Below are positions 32,627 through 43,357 of a DNA stretch of 64,000 bases, in pieces. A program made the translations under genes and the position numbers. Origin of the DNA: an uncultured Acidobacteriota bacterium (lineage in GTDB: Bacteria > Acidobacteriota > Thermoanaerobaculia > Multivoradales > UBA5704). Numbering within the stretch: position 1 is the first letter of the stretch; each line of letters begins with the position of its first letter. Where the stretch lies: assembly GCA_963700145.1 (NCBI GenBank), contig OY969474.1, positions 736,001 to 800,000 of the forward strand, given 5' to 3'. Below the pieces are notes generated by a model, which had not been told where the DNA came from, searched no databases, and was given only the letters and a program-made list of their open reading frames with translations.

Positions 32627-32684
32627 CGGGTGGGGTGGGAGCGGGGATCGTAACCCGATCGCCGCCCGGGTGTCTTCCCGCGCC

Positions 32685-32713
32685 TTGACGCGATCTCCGA
32701 ACTGGTGTATAAA
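32685..32713 (+). promoter_or_regulatory. Sigma70 promoter of carD
   Basis: TTGACG-17 bp-TATAAA. Confidence 0.7.
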
Positions 32714-32793
32714 TAGGCGCGTAAAGGTAAGTCCACAAGCGACTTGCCGGTCGTACGCCAATCTACCCTCTGCAGACCTAGGGAGTCGGGAAC

Positions 32794-33303
32794 GTGCCAT
32801 TCAAGGTCGGTCAGAAAGTGGTCTACCCCAACCACGGGGTGAGCGTGGTCGAGAAGATCGAGCCCACGAAGATGGACGGGACAGAGCAGACCTACTACCA
32901 CCTGCGGCTGCTGTCCAACAACTCGAAGGTGATGATCCCCAAGACCAACCTCGACCTGGTTGGGCTGCGCCCGCTGTGCCCGTCGCGCGAGATCCGGATG
33001 CTCTTCGACATCCTCGAGGACGGCAACATCGATACCTACAAGGACTGGAAGGGCCGCTACAAGCAGAACCTCGACAAGATGAAGACCGGGCGGCTGCCCG
33101 AGGTCGCCGAGGTGCTCAAGAACCTGCGCCTGGTGTCGCAGCGCAAGAGCCTCTCCTTCCGCGAGAAGAAGATGTACGAGCGCGCCAAGTACTTCATCGT
33201 CAGCGAGGTGGCGCACGTCCGCGACATCCCCGAGCGGGAGTCGGAGGCGATGGTCGAGCAGGCCCTGACCTCGAGCCTCGAGAAGCGGCTCAAGGCGAGC
33301 TGA
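32794..33303 (+). CDS. carD: CarD-family transcription factor
   Basis: FKVGQKVVYPNHGV, GLRPL, WKGRYK.N.DKMKTG, LSFREKKM. Confidence 0.92.
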   Translation: MPFKVGQKVVYPNHGVSVVEKIEPTKMDGTEQTYYHLRLLSNNSKVMIPKTNLDLVGLRPLCPSREIRMLFDILEDGNIDTYKDWKGRYKQNLDKMKTGRLPEVAEVLKNLRLVSQRKSLSFREKKMYERAKYFIVSEVAHVRDIPERESEAMVEQALTSSLEKRLKAS

Positions 33304-33328
33304 CGAGCGTCCACCTCCCGCGGCGCGC

Positions 33329-33949
33329 GTGAACAAGGACAATCTGCTGTACGCCCTGGCGGGGCTGCTGCTGGGGTTCGTCTCGAGCTACCTGCTGTTC
33401 GAGGCGATGGCGGCCCGCCAGCCGCCGCGGCGCCCGCCGGGCGCGGTGCTGCCCGGCGACGCACCGGCCGCGGAGGCGGGCGCTCCCGGGGCCGCGGCGC
33501 CGCCCGGCGGCGCGCAGGCCGGGGCCGCCGGCCAGCCGCCGATGGAGGAGATCCTCCGCTTGCGCGACCACGTCGCCAAGAACCCCGACGACGCCGACGC
33601 CGTCATCCGCCTCGCCAACCTCAACTTCGACATCCAGAACTGGGCGCGGGCGCGCGAGCTGTACGAGCAGTACCTGAAGCTCCGCCCCGGCGAGCCCGAC
33701 GTCCTCTCCGACTTGGGCGTCACCTACTTCGAGATGGGCGACGCGCAGGGGGCGGTGGCCCTCTTCGACCGCGCCCAGGCGCTGAGCCCCGACCACTGGC
33801 AGTCGCGCTTCAACGAGGTCTTCGTCCGCGCCGCGGTCGAGGACTTCGCCGGCGCCGAGGCGGTGATCGGCGAGCTCCAGCGGCTGCAGCCGAACAACCC
33901 GGACGTCGCCCGCCTCGCCGCCGAGGTGGCGCGGCGCAAGGCGGGTTGA
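33329..33949 (+). CDS. Membrane-anchored TPR protein
   Basis: N-terminal TM helix; NPDD..A..LANL, DVLSDLGV..FEMG. Confidence 0.8.
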   Translation: MNKDNLLYALAGLLLGFVSSYLLFEAMAARQPPRRPPGAVLPGDAPAAEAGAPGAAAPPGGAQAGAAGQPPMEEILRLRDHVAKNPDDADAVIRLANLNFDIQNWARARELYEQYLKLRPGEPDVLSDLGVTYFEMGDAQGAVALFDRAQALSPDHWQSRFNEVFVRAAVEDFAGAEAVIGELQRLQPNNPDVARLAAEVARRKAG

Positions 33950-36375
33950 CCTCGCCGCTCTACGCCGAGGTCGCCCTCCCGCTCCCGCTCCCCGGCCCGC
34001 TCACCTACGAAGTCCCCGACGCCTTCGTGCCGCTCGCCCGCCCGGGCGTGCGGGCGCGGGTGCAGGTCGGCCGCCGCCGGCTGGTCGGCGTCGTCGTGGC
34101 GGTCCACGCCGAGCGCCCCCCTGACCTCGAGGAGCGGATCGAGCTGCGGCCGCTCGAGGAAATCATCGACCTCGAGCCGGTGCTCGGGCCGGAGCTGCTC
34201 GAGCTGGCCGGGTTCGTCGCCGGCTACTACCTGGCGCCGCCGGGCGAGGTCTTCCGCGCCATGCTGCCGCCGGACCTGCCGCCCTGGGGCGATCGCCGGG
34301 TCTGGCTGACCGACGCCGGGGCGCTGGCGCCGCCGCGCTCGGCGGGGGAGGCGGCGGTCGTCGAGGCGCTGCGCGGCGGCGGGCGGGCGAGCGCCGCCGA
34401 GCTGCAGGCGCGGCTCGGGATCGCCGGTCTCGGCGAGGTGCTGGAGGGCCTGGCCGCCTCCGGGCGGATCGGCCGCGAGGAGCGCGAGCGGCGCGGCGCC
34501 CGCTACGTCACCGCGGTCGAGCTGCCGCCCGGCGACCGGGAGGCGCAGCTCGCGGCCTGCGGGCGCTCGCCGGCCGGGCGCGCGGCGGTCGAGTACCTGG
34601 CGGCGATCGGGCGGCCGGCGACGATCGCGGAGGTGAGCGCCGCCGCCGGCGCCAGCCCGGCCGTCGTCAAGCGGCTGGCGCAGCGCGGCGTCCTCCGCCA
34701 GTTCACGCAGGTCGAGAAGCTGGCGCTCGATCACCACATGCTGGACGGGAAGGCCGAGGCGCCGTTCCGCCTCCGCCCGGACCAGGAGGAGGCGCTGGCG
34801 GTGCTGGAGCGCGCGCTCGCCTCACGCCGCTACGCCCCCTTCCTCCTCCACGGCATGACCGGCTCCGGCAAGACCGAGGTCTACCTGCGGGCCGTCGAGG
34901 CGGCGCTCGGGGCCGGCCGCACCGCCCTCCTGCTGGTGCCGGAGATCGCCCTGGTGCCGGCGCTGGCGCGGGCGGTCGAGCAGCGCTTCGGCGAGCGGCT
35001 GGCGATCCTCCATTCGGGGCTGGGCGGTCCGGAGCGGCAGCAGGAGTGGGAGCGGGTGCGGCGCGGCGAGGCGCGGGTGGTCCTCGGGCCGCGCTCGGCG
35101 CTCTTCGCGCCGCTCGCCGACCTCGGTCTCCTGGTCGTCGACGAGGAGCAGGACCCGGCCTACAAGCAGGAGAGCGTGCCGCGCTACCAGGGGCGGGACG
35201 TGGCGCTGGTGCGCGGCAAGGCGGCCAAGGCGGTGACGCTCCTGGTCTCGGCGACGCCGAGCCTGGAGAGCCGGCACAACGCCGAGCGCGGCAAGCTCCG
35301 TCCCCTTCGGCTCACCGAGCGGGTGGGGGAGGGCGGCGTGCCCGAGGGGGTGCTGGTCGACCTGCGCGGCCTCGTCCCGCGCCGTCCGGGGGAGATCTAC
35401 TTCTCCGAGCGGCTACGCGAGGAGATCGCCGCGGCGCTCGCCGCCGAGGGACAAATTATCCTGCTCCGCAACCGGCGGGGCTACTCGCCGCTCCTCCTCT
35501 GCCGCGCCTGCGGCGAGGACCTGCGCTGCGACCAGTGCGGCCTGCCGCGCACCTTCCACCGCCGCGCCGGGCGCCTCCTCTGTCATTACTGCGGCTCGAC
35601 GCTGGCCGTCCCGCAGCGCTGCCCGACCTGCGGTGAGGCGGCGCTCGAGCCGATCGGCGCCGGCACCGAGCGGGTGGAGGAGACCTTCGCCGAGCTCTTC
35701 CCCGGCGTGCCGCTCGACGTCCTCGACCGCGACACCGCCCGCCGCCCGGGCGGCCCGGCGGCGATCCTCGAGCGCTTCGCGCGCGGCGAGGTGCGGGTCC
35801 TGGTCGGCACCCAGATGGTGTCGAAGGGGCACCACTTCCCGGCGGTGGCGCTGACCGCCGTGCTCGCCGCCGACACCTACCTGGGCTTCCCCGACTTCCG
35901 CGCCGTCGAGCGCACCTACAACCTGCTGGTGCAGCTCGCCGGCCGCGCCGGGCGCGGCGATCGGCCGGGGAAGGTGGTGATCCAGACCTTCCACCCCGAG
36001 CACTACGCCATCCAGGCGGCGCTCCTCGGCGACGACGCGGCGTTCGCGCGCGAGGAGCTGCGCTTCCGCCGCGTCTTCCACTACCCGCCGTTCAGCCGCA
36101 TGGTGCAGCTCCTGGTCGAGGACCGCAACCGCGCCAAGGCGGAGGCGCGCATCGGCGAGCTGGCGGCGCGGCTCGGGGCGCACCCGCTGGCGCGGTCGGT
36201 GCGGGTGACCGGGCCGGCCCCGGCGCCGCTGGAGCGCCTGCGCGGCCTCTGGCGCTTCCAGCTCCTCCTGCGCTCCGCCGCCGTGCGCGACCTGCACCGC
36301 CTCCTCGCCGCCGTCCTGCCGCCGCCGCCGCACAAGGGGCTGGTGGTGGACGTCGATCCGCAGCAACTGCTCTAA
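33946..36375 (+). CDS. priA: Primosomal protein N'
   Basis: GMTGSGKTEVY, VPEIAL, DEE, SATPS, four CxxC pairs, GTQMVSKG, GRAGR. Confidence 0.96.
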   Translation: MTSPLYAEVALPLPLPGPLTYEVPDAFVPLARPGVRARVQVGRRRLVGVVVAVHAERPPDLEERIELRPLEEIIDLEPVLGPELLELAGFVAGYYLAPPGEVFRAMLPPDLPPWGDRRVWLTDAGALAPPRSAGEAAVVEALRGGGRASAAELQARLGIAGLGEVLEGLAASGRIGREERERRGARYVTAVELPPGDREAQLAACGRSPAGRAAVEYLAAIGRPATIAEVSAAAGASPAVVKRLAQRGVLRQFTQVEKLALDHHMLDGKAEAPFRLRPDQEEALAVLERALASRRYAPFLLHGMTGSGKTEVYLRAVEAALGAGRTALLLVPEIALVPALARAVEQRFGERLAILHSGLGGPERQQEWERVRRGEARVVLGPRSALFAPLADLGLLVVDEEQDPAYKQESVPRYQGRDVALVRGKAAKAVTLLVSATPSLESRHNAERGKLRPLRLTERVGEGGVPEGVLVDLRGLVPRRPGEIYFSERLREEIAAALAAEGQIILLRNRRGYSPLLLCRACGEDLRCDQCGLPRTFHRRAGRLLCHYCGSTLAVPQRCPTCGEAALEPIGAGTERVEETFAELFPGVPLDVLDRDTARRPGGPAAILERFARGEVRVLVGTQMVSKGHHFPAVALTAVLAADTYLGFPDFRAVERTYNLLVQLAGRAGRGDRPGKVVIQTFHPEHYAIQAALLGDDAAFAREELRFRRVFHYPPFSRMVQLLVEDRNRAKAEARIGELAARLGAHPLARSVRVTGPAPAPLERLRGLWRFQLLLRSAAVRDLHRLLAAVLPPPPHKGLVVDVDPQQLL

Positions 36376-36483
36376 AGCTCGCGCAGTAACGAAGCGGCCG
36401 CGGCCGGCGCCCATCACTGCGCGCTGGGGGTCGCCCGGGGTCCATGGCGGACCCGACGCGGACGCGCCCCCGAGGAAGGGAAC

Positions 36484-36792
36484 ATGGACGACAAGAGAGG
36501 TTCGACGGAGCTCCGCGCGCGGTTCGACCAGCCGGTCGAGCTGAGCGGGGAGCAGCTCAAGAAACTGGTGGCCGCGGCCGAGACGACATCGAGCCGCATC
36601 CTCAACTGGGAGATCTACGGCAAGCCCGGCATCGATCGGCTCAGGGCGAGCTTCTCGATCGCCCCCGACCAGCTGCCGGACTTCGTCCGGCACCTCGTCG
36701 CCAACGAGGCCCGCTTCGGCTGGGAGGTCTTCCCGGAAGGCGTGCCGCCGTTCATCGACCAGTTCCGGGTCGATCTCAAGCAAGGGTTCTAG
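36484..36792 (+). CDS. Small hypothetical protein with internal two-fold repeat; candidate radical SAM substrate
   Basis: 102 aa, GAGGAAGG RBS, WEIYGKPGID / WEVFPEGVPPFID motifs, abuts the radical SAM gene. Confidence 0.7.
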   Translation: MDDKRGSTELRARFDQPVELSGEQLKKLVAAAETTSSRILNWEIYGKPGIDRLRASFSIAPDQLPDFVRHLVANEARFGWEVFPEGVPPFIDQFRVDLKQGF

Positions 36793-36807
36793 GTGAGGGA
36801 GGCGGCG

Positions 36808-37833
36808 ATGGGACCCACCGGACGCTCGCGAGTCGTGCAGATCCACCCCACGCGGCGTTGCAACCTGCGCTGCCTTCACTGCTACTCCTCTTCCGGTCCC
36901 GAGGAGCGCGGCGAGCTGTCGGCCGCGCTCCTCGGCGACGCCCTGGAGGCGGCGGCCGCCGAGGGCTACACGACGGCCAGCGTCTCCGGCGGCGAGCCGC
37001 TGCTCTACCGGCCGCTACGCGAGGTGCTGGAGCGCGCCCGCGCCGCCGGCCTCGGCACCACCGTCACCAGCAACGGCATGCTGCTCGACGAGCGGCGCCT
37101 GGCGACTCTCGCCGGCTGCGTCGACGTGCTGGCGATCAGCCTCGACGGCATGCCGGCGACGCACGACCGCATGCGCTGCGACCCGCGCGCCTTCTCGGCG
37201 ATGGCGGCGCGCCTCGACGGCGTGCGGCGCTCGGGGATTCCTTTCGGCTTCATCTTCACCCTGACCCTGCACAACCTGCACGAGCTGGAGTGGGTCGCGG
37301 GCTTCGCCCTCGAGCAGGGGGCGTCGCTGCTGCAGATCCACCCGCTGGAGGAGGCCGGCCGGGCCCGCGAGCGGCTCGCCGGCAAGCGCCCCGACGACAC
37401 CGAGTGCTCCTACGCCTTCCTGGTCGCCGCCCAGCTCCAGGAGTCGCTGGGCGACCGCCTGCACGTCCAGCTCGACCTGATCAGCCGCAGCTACGTGCTG
37501 GCCAGCCCGGCCTGCTTCTTCGCCGAGGGGGGGATGGCCTGCGCCGGCGAGCGGCCGCTCGCGGAGCTGGTCTCGCCGCTGGTCATCGAGGCCGACGGGA
37601 CGGTGGTGCCGCTGGAGTACGGCCTGGCCCGCGCCTACGTCCTGGGCAATCTCCACCAGGCGCCCTTGGCCGAGCTGGCCGCCGCCTGGCGGCGCGACAC
37701 CTACCCGGCCTTCCGCCGCCTCTGCCGGGCAGCCTGGGAGGACGTCGAGGCCGACGAGGCCGCCCCGCTCGCCAACTGGTACGAGCGGGTGCAGAAGGCG
37801 GGGGAGGCCGGGCTGGCCGCCGCCGCCGGTTGA
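36808..37833 (+). CDS. Radical SAM protein with degenerate SPASM/twitch-like C-terminus
   Basis: CNLRCLHCY, SGGEPLL, TSNG, ISLDG..HD, VIEADGTVVPL..LGNL. Confidence 0.9.
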   Translation: MGPTGRSRVVQIHPTRRCNLRCLHCYSSSGPEERGELSAALLGDALEAAAAEGYTTASVSGGEPLLYRPLREVLERARAAGLGTTVTSNGMLLDERRLATLAGCVDVLAISLDGMPATHDRMRCDPRAFSAMAARLDGVRRSGIPFGFIFTLTLHNLHELEWVAGFALEQGASLLQIHPLEEAGRARERLAGKRPDDTECSYAFLVAAQLQESLGDRLHVQLDLISRSYVLASPACFFAEGGMACAGERPLAELVSPLVIEADGTVVPLEYGLARAYVLGNLHQAPLAELAAAWRRDTYPAFRRLCRAAWEDVEADEAAPLANWYERVQKAGEAGLAAAAG

Positions 37834-37867
37834 CGGCCCCGGGGGGGCTTGTTACGGTGCCCTCCCC

Positions 37868-38821
37868 ATGGCGACGCAAGAGGTCTCCTTCGAGGAGCCG
37901 CTCACCGAGCTGCGGCGGAAGATCGAGGAGCTCGAGGGGTACCCGGCGGGGAGCGGCTACGAGAAGGAGCTGGAGCGGCTGCGCGGCAGCCTGCGCAAGC
38001 AGACGGCCGAGGTCTTCGGCGGCCTCTCGCGCTGGCAGAAGACCCTGGTCGCCCGCCACCAGGACCGCCCCTACACCCTCGACTACGTCGGCCACCTGAT
38101 GGAGGACTGGGTGGAGCTGCACGGCGACCGCGGCTACGCCGACGACGCCGCCATCGTCTCCGGCTTCGCCACCTTCCGCGGCCGCAGCGTCGCGGTCGTC
38201 GGCCACCAGAAGGGCCGCGACACCAAGGAGCGCATCGTGCGCAACTTCGGTCAGCCGCGCCCCGAGGGCTACCGCAAGGCGCTGCGGGTGATGAAGCTGG
38301 CCGAGAAGTTCGGGCGGCCGGTGCTCACCTTCATCGACACCGCCGGCGCCTACCCCGGGATCGACGCCGAGGAGCGCGGCCAGGCCGAGGCGATCGCCCA
38401 CAACCTGATCGAGATGGCCTCGCTGCGGGTGCCGATCGTGGTCACGATCACCGGCGAGGGGGGGAGCGGCGGCGCCCTGGCCCTCGGCATCGGCGACCGG
38501 GTCTACATCCTGGAGTACGCCACCTACTCGGTGATCTCGCCCGAGGGGTGCGCGGCGATCCTCTGGAAGGACCAGGAGCGCAAGGCCGAGGCCGCCGAGG
38601 CGATGCGCTTGACCGCCCCGGACCTGCAGGCGCTGCGCGTCGTCGACGGCATCATCCCCGAGCCGATGGGCGGCGCCCACACCGACCCGGCCGAGACCTG
38701 CCGGCGGGTGGGCGAGACGGTCCACGCCGCCCTCGCCGAGCTGGAGCGCAAGGAGATCGACCAGCTCCTCGAGGAGCGCTACCGGAAGTTCCGCCAGCTC
38801 GGCGTCTTCGAAGAGAGCTAG
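37868..38821 (+). CDS. accA: Acetyl-CoA carboxylase carboxyltransferase alpha
   Basis: ARH..RPY, LHGDR, GHQKG, PEGYRKA, GAYPG..AEERGQ, SVISPEGCAAILW. Confidence 0.96.
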   Translation: MATQEVSFEEPLTELRRKIEELEGYPAGSGYEKELERLRGSLRKQTAEVFGGLSRWQKTLVARHQDRPYTLDYVGHLMEDWVELHGDRGYADDAAIVSGFATFRGRSVAVVGHQKGRDTKERIVRNFGQPRPEGYRKALRVMKLAEKFGRPVLTFIDTAGAYPGIDAEERGQAEAIAHNLIEMASLRVPIVVTITGEGGSGGALALGIGDRVYILEYATYSVISPEGCAAILWKDQERKAEAAEAMRLTAPDLQALRVVDGIIPEPMGGAHTDPAETCRRVGETVHAALAELERKEIDQLLEERYRKFRQLGVFEES

Positions 38822-38822
38822 G

Positions 38823-40499
38823 TTGAAGGCCGCCCGTCCGGAGTGGCGCGCCGCCGAGGTGCCGCCGGCGGCGGAAGCCCTCGTGCGCGAGGGCGTGCCG
38901 GCCGAGCTCGCGCCCCTCCTGGCGCGGCGCGGGGTCGCCGACGGCGCCGCCGCCCGCGCCTTCCTGACGCCCTCGCTCGACCAGCTCCACGACCCCTTCG
39001 GCCTCGCCGGGATGGAGGCGGCGGTCGGGCGCCTGCTCCTGGCGCGCGAGCGCGGCGAGACGGTCGCCGTCGTCGGCGACTACGACGTCGACGGCGTCAC
39101 CGCCACCGCGCTCCTGCTGGCCGTGCTGCGCGCCTGCGGCGTCGCGGCGCAGCCGGTCCTGCCGCACCGCATGCGCGAGGGGTACGGCTTCCAGCCGGTG
39201 CACGTCGAGCGGGCGGTGGAGCTGGGGTGCCGGGTGGTGCTCACCGCCGACTGCGGCACCTCGGCCGGCGAAGCGGTCGAACGGGCGCGGGCCGCCGGGC
39301 TCGACGTCCTGATCACCGACCACCACCTGCCGGGGGCGCCGCTGCCGGCCGGCGCGGTGGTCGTCAACCCGCGGCAGGCCGGTTGCGACTACCCGTTCGC
39401 GGAGCTGTGCGGGGTGGGCTTGGCGCTCAAGCTGGCGCTGGCCTTCGCCGGCCGCTGCGGGCGCGCCCTCGACCTGCCGCCGCTGCTGCGCATCGCCTGC
39501 CTCGGCACGATCGCCGACCTGGTGCCGCTGACCGGCGAGAACCGGGTGATCGCGGCGCTCGGCCTCTCGGCGCTGCGCGACGTGCGCTCGGCCGGGCTCA
39601 AGGCGCTGATCGCGCGGGCGGGCCTGAGGCCCCCCTTCGCCGCCGCCGACGTCGCTTACCGGCTCGGGCCGCGCCTCAACGCCGCGGGCCGGCTGGACAG
39701 CGCCGACCGGGCGCTCGAGCTCCTGCTGACGCGCGACGGCAAGCGAGCGGCCGAGCTGGCCGAGGAGCTGGAGACGCGCAACCGCGAGCGGCAGGGGGAG
39801 GAGGCGCGCGCCGTCGCCGAGGCGCGGCAGCAGATCGAGGAGCGCGGAGCGCTGCCGCCGATCCTGGTGGCCTGGAGCGAGGGGTGGCACCGCGGGGTGG
39901 TCGGGGTGGCGGCCGGGCGGCTGGCCCAGGAGCTCTGCCGGCCGGCGCTCCTCTTGGCCGTCGCCGACGGCGTGGCCACCGGCTCGGGCCGCAGCGTGCC
40001 GGGGATCGCCCTCCACGCCTTTCTGGAGCGCTGGCAGGACCGGCTGGAGCGCTTCGGCGGCCACGCCCAGGCGGTCGGCCTGACGGTGCGCGGCGACCGG
40101 CTGGCGGAGCTGGCGCGGGAGTGGGAGGAGGCGGCCGCCGAGTGGCCGGAGGCGACGCGGACGCGGCGGCTGGAGTACGAGCTGGAGGCGGCGCCGGCGG
40201 AGCTCACGCCCGGGCTGCTCAAGAAGCTGCAGCGCCTCGAGCCGCACGGGCAGGCCAACCCGCGGCCGCTCCTGCGCACCGGCCCGCTGCGGCTGGACCT
40301 GCCGCCGCGCCGCTTCGGCAACGGCCACCTCTCGGCCCGCGCGCGCGGCGCGGACGGCGCGGTGGTGTTCCTCCTCGGCTGGGGTTGGGAGGAGCGCGCC
40401 GCCGAGCTCGAGGCGCCGTTCGAGGCCCTCGGGCACCTCGAAGCCGATACCTTCTTGGGCGGCGTCGTGCTGCGGCTGGCGGACGTGCGTCCGGTCTAG
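38823..40499 (+). CDS. recJ: ssDNA exonuclease RecJ
   Basis: GDYDVDG, EGYG, TDHH, GTIADLVPL, PRLNAAGR, GSGRS, FGGH. Confidence 0.94.
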   Translation: MKAARPEWRAAEVPPAAEALVREGVPAELAPLLARRGVADGAAARAFLTPSLDQLHDPFGLAGMEAAVGRLLLARERGETVAVVGDYDVDGVTATALLLAVLRACGVAAQPVLPHRMREGYGFQPVHVERAVELGCRVVLTADCGTSAGEAVERARAAGLDVLITDHHLPGAPLPAGAVVVNPRQAGCDYPFAELCGVGLALKLALAFAGRCGRALDLPPLLRIACLGTIADLVPLTGENRVIAALGLSALRDVRSAGLKALIARAGLRPPFAAADVAYRLGPRLNAAGRLDSADRALELLLTRDGKRAAELAEELETRNRERQGEEARAVAEARQQIEERGALPPILVAWSEGWHRGVVGVAAGRLAQELCRPALLLAVADGVATGSGRSVPGIALHAFLERWQDRLERFGGHAQAVGLTVRGDRLAELAREWEEAAAEWPEATRTRRLEYELEAAPAELTPGLLKKLQRLEPHGQANPRPLLRTGPLRLDLPPRRFGNGHLSARARGADGAVVFLLGWGWEERAAELEAPFEALGHLEADTFLGGVVLRLADVRPV

Positions 40500-40562
40500 C
40501 GAGGCGCGAAGGCTTCCGCGCCGGGCTCCAATCAATTGCCGGGGCTCTACAATCAGCCCGCC

Positions 40563-42605
40563 ATGGCGCCCGCGCCCCGCCGCCCGCCGCTGCGGGCCCT
40601 CCGCCGTCTGCTGCTCGCCGCCCTCGTGGTGATCGTGGGCGGCATCGTGGCCCTCTTCCTCTTCGGCCGCTCGGGCAGGCAAGGAGTGCAGGGGCCGGCG
40701 CTCGAGCCGGTGGGGGAGACCGCCGGCGGGGAAGGCGCCACCCTGATCGGCGAGGACTTCGACTACACCTACACCGAGGGGAAGCGCCCGCTCTTCCGCA
40801 TCCGCGGCGACAGCATCCGCGCCGACCGCCAGGAGACGCTCTACCTCGACGGCGTCGGCTTGACGCTCTACGACGAGGAGGGGCAGGCCTACGAGGTGCA
40901 GAGCCGCGAGGCGAGCTTCAACCGGACGCAGAACGAGGGCCGCCTGCGCGGCCGGGTCTTCCTGCGCGGCCCGCACGGCCTCGAGCTGCGGACACCGGTC
41001 TTGCAGCTGCGCGACAAGGGGCGTCTCCTGGTGAGCACGCGGCCGGTCGAGCTGCGCTACGGTGGCGCCTACGTCGCCGAGGCGGCCCGCATCCGCGTCC
41101 ACCTGCCGCAGGAAGTCTTCGTGCTGGCCGGCAACGTCACCGTGCGCGGCGTCCCGGGCGGCGCGGCGGGTTTGACGGCGCCGGTCTTCCTGCGCGCCGG
41201 CCAGATCCTCTACGACCGCAACCGCCGGCTGCTGCGCTGCGAGCGGAAGGTCTTCATGCGGCGCGGCCAGGACGAGGTGCAGGCCGAGAAGGTCAACGCC
41301 TACCTGACGCAGGACGAGCGCTCGCTCGTCTTCCTGCGCGCCCTCTGGCAGCTCTCCGGGCGCACGGTCTCGACCCGCGCCGGCACCACGCCGACCCGCA
41401 TGCGCTTCACCGGCAACGACCTCTCCGTCCTCTTCCAGCCGTCGGCGCCGGGGCAGGGCCGGAGCGGGGTGGCGGCCAACCACGTCGAGCTGACCGCCCC
41501 GGCCCGCCAGCCGGTGCTGGTCGAGACGAGCGCGGCCGATGGTGTCGTCCGCACGCTGCGGGCGCCGCGCCTGGTCGGCCAGCTCGATCAGGGGGCGCTG
41601 GTGCAGGCCGACGCCGAGGGCGGCGTCCAGATGACCGAGGCGGGCGGCCGCCCGCCGCTCGCCCGCCGCGCCAGCGGCCGCCGCGCCGAGGCCCGCTTCC
41701 GCGCCGACGGCCAGCTCGCGGTGCTGACCCTCACCGAGCAGGTCCGCTTCCACGACCCGGAGGTGGACGCCGAAGGGGACCGCGCCGTCGTCGACCTCGA
41801 CGCCGGGCGCGGCGAGTTCTTCGGCGCGCCGGTGCGCGCCACCAGCGCGCGCGGCCGGATGCAGGGGCCGCACCTCGTCTACACCCGGCAGGACGGGCTC
41901 TTGCAGGCCGACGGCGGCGTGCGCGCCATGTTCGAGCGGGAGTCGGAGTCGGCAGAGCTCGCCGCCTCGCCGCTGGGCGAGGGGGAGGGGCCGGTGTGGG
42001 TGGAGTCGCGCGAGGCCTTCTGGCGCCAGCAGCCGCCGGGCTTCCTCTTCCGCGGCGACGTCCGCGCCTGGCAGGGGGAGAGCCTGCTGCGCGCCGCCGA
42101 GCTGCGCGGCGACGAGCAGGGCGAGAAGCGGCTCACCGCCAAGGGCGGGGTGAAGAGCCTCTGGGTGCCGGCGAAGGAGCCCGGAAAGCAGCGGGGCGCG
42201 GCGCCGGCCGCGGCGGCGGGCGGCAAAGGGGACCAAGGTCCCATCGAGGTCACCGCCGACGAGCTGCTCTACCGCGAGACCGCCGGCGTCCTGACCTACA
42301 CCGGCAACGTCCGCGTCGAGCAGCAGGCGCGCACCCTGGTCTGTAGGGCGTTGGAGGTGGAGCTGGACGAGGACGGAGGGGCCGAGCGGATGACCTGCAC
42401 CGGCGACGCCAAGCTCACCGACACCGTGGCGGGCCGGACGATCGAAGGGGAGCGCGCGATCTACCGCCTGGACGAGCGGCGGATCGAGATGTTCGGCACG
42501 CCGGTCGCGGTGCGCGACCGCGACGGCAACCGGGTGCAGGGCAAGCGCCTCGACTACTACGTCGACGACGGCCGGGTCGAGGTGCGCGGGCGGGGGGAGC
42601 CGTGA
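40563..42605 (+). CDS. Long LptC/LptA-like beta-jellyroll protein (LPS export)
   Basis: N-terminal TM, repeated beta-rich OstA-like segments ([20 protein letters not shown]), directly upstream of lptB. Confidence 0.75.
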   Translation: MAPAPRRPPLRALRRLLLAALVVIVGGIVALFLFGRSGRQGVQGPALEPVGETAGGEGATLIGEDFDYTYTEGKRPLFRIRGDSIRADRQETLYLDGVGLTLYDEEGQAYEVQSREASFNRTQNEGRLRGRVFLRGPHGLELRTPVLQLRDKGRLLVSTRPVELRYGGAYVAEAARIRVHLPQEVFVLAGNVTVRGVPGGAAGLTAPVFLRAGQILYDRNRRLLRCERKVFMRRGQDEVQAEKVNAYLTQDERSLVFLRALWQLSGRTVSTRAGTTPTRMRFTGNDLSVLFQPSAPGQGRSGVAANHVELTAPARQPVLVETSAADGVVRTLRAPRLVGQLDQGALVQADAEGGVQMTEAGGRPPLARRASGRRAEARFRADGQLAVLTLTEQVRFHDPEVDAEGDRAVVDLDAGRGEFFGAPVRATSARGRMQGPHLVYTRQDGLLQADGGVRAMFERESESAELAASPLGEGEGPVWVESREAFWRQQPPGFLFRGDVRAWQGESLLRAAELRGDEQGEKRLTAKGGVKSLWVPAKEPGKQRGAAPAAAAGGKGDQGPIEVTADELLYRETAGVLTYTGNVRVEQQARTLVCRALEVELDEDGGAERMTCTGDAKLTDTVAGRTIEGERAIYRLDERRIEMFGTPVAVRDRDGNRVQGKRLDYYVDDGRVEVRGRGEP

Positions 42606-43342
42606 ACGAAAACGGCCGGCCGCAAAGCCTTTCCACCCGCGACTTGCAGAAGGTCTACCGCGGCCGGGCCGTGGTGCAGGACGTGTCGATCGACGTCGCG
42701 CCGGGGGAGATCGTCGGGCTCCTCGGCCCCAACGGCGCGGGGAAGACCACGACTTTCTACATGGTTGTAGGGTTGACCCCTCCGGACGCCGGCAGCGTCT
42801 TCCTGGGGGAGGAGGACATCACCGAGCTGCCGATGTACGTGCGCGCCCAACGCGGCATCAGCTACCTGCCGCAGGAGCCCTCGATCTTCCGCAAGATGTC
42901 GGTCGAGGACAACCTGCGGGCGATCTTCGAGACGCTGGACCTGTCGCACGCCGAGCAGGAGCGGCGCATCGACCAGCTGATCACCGACTTCGGCCTCGGC
43001 AAGGTGCGCAAGAGCCGGGGCTACTCGCTCTCCGGGGGCGAGCGCCGGCGCGTCGAGATCGCGCGCGCCCTGGTCATCAGTCCCTGGTATATCCTTCTCG
43101 ACGAGCCGTTCGCGGGGATCGACCCGATCGCCGTGCTCGACATCCAGGGCATCATCCGGCACCTCAAGTCGATGGGTATCGGCGTCCTGATCACCGACCA
43201 CAACGTGCGGGAAACATTGAAGATCACCGATCGGGCCTATATCATCAACAACGGCGGCATCCTGCGCTCCGGCACCCCCTCCGACCTGGCCTCCGATCCG
43301 CAGGTGCGGAAGATCTACCTGGGCGAAGACTTCCGGCTGTAG
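42602..43342 (+). CDS. lptB: LPS export ABC ATPase
   Basis: [55 protein letters not shown]. Confidence 0.95.
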   Translation: MNENGRPQSLSTRDLQKVYRGRAVVQDVSIDVAPGEIVGLLGPNGAGKTTTFYMVVGLTPPDAGSVFLGEEDITELPMYVRAQRGISYLPQEPSIFRKMSVEDNLRAIFETLDLSHAEQERRIDQLITDFGLGKVRKSRGYSLSGGERRRVEIARALVISPWYILLDEPFAGIDPIAVLDIQGIIRHLKSMGIGVLITDHNVRETLKITDRAYIINNGGILRSGTPSDLASDPQVRKIYLGEDFRL

Positions 43343-43357
43343 AGCCCCCTTCAGACG

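Noticed and set aside
31542-32738. 398-aa and 243-aa ORFs across the repeat region
   Set aside because: They span the tRNA and low-complexity repeats, and stay open because of repeat periodicity and high GC.
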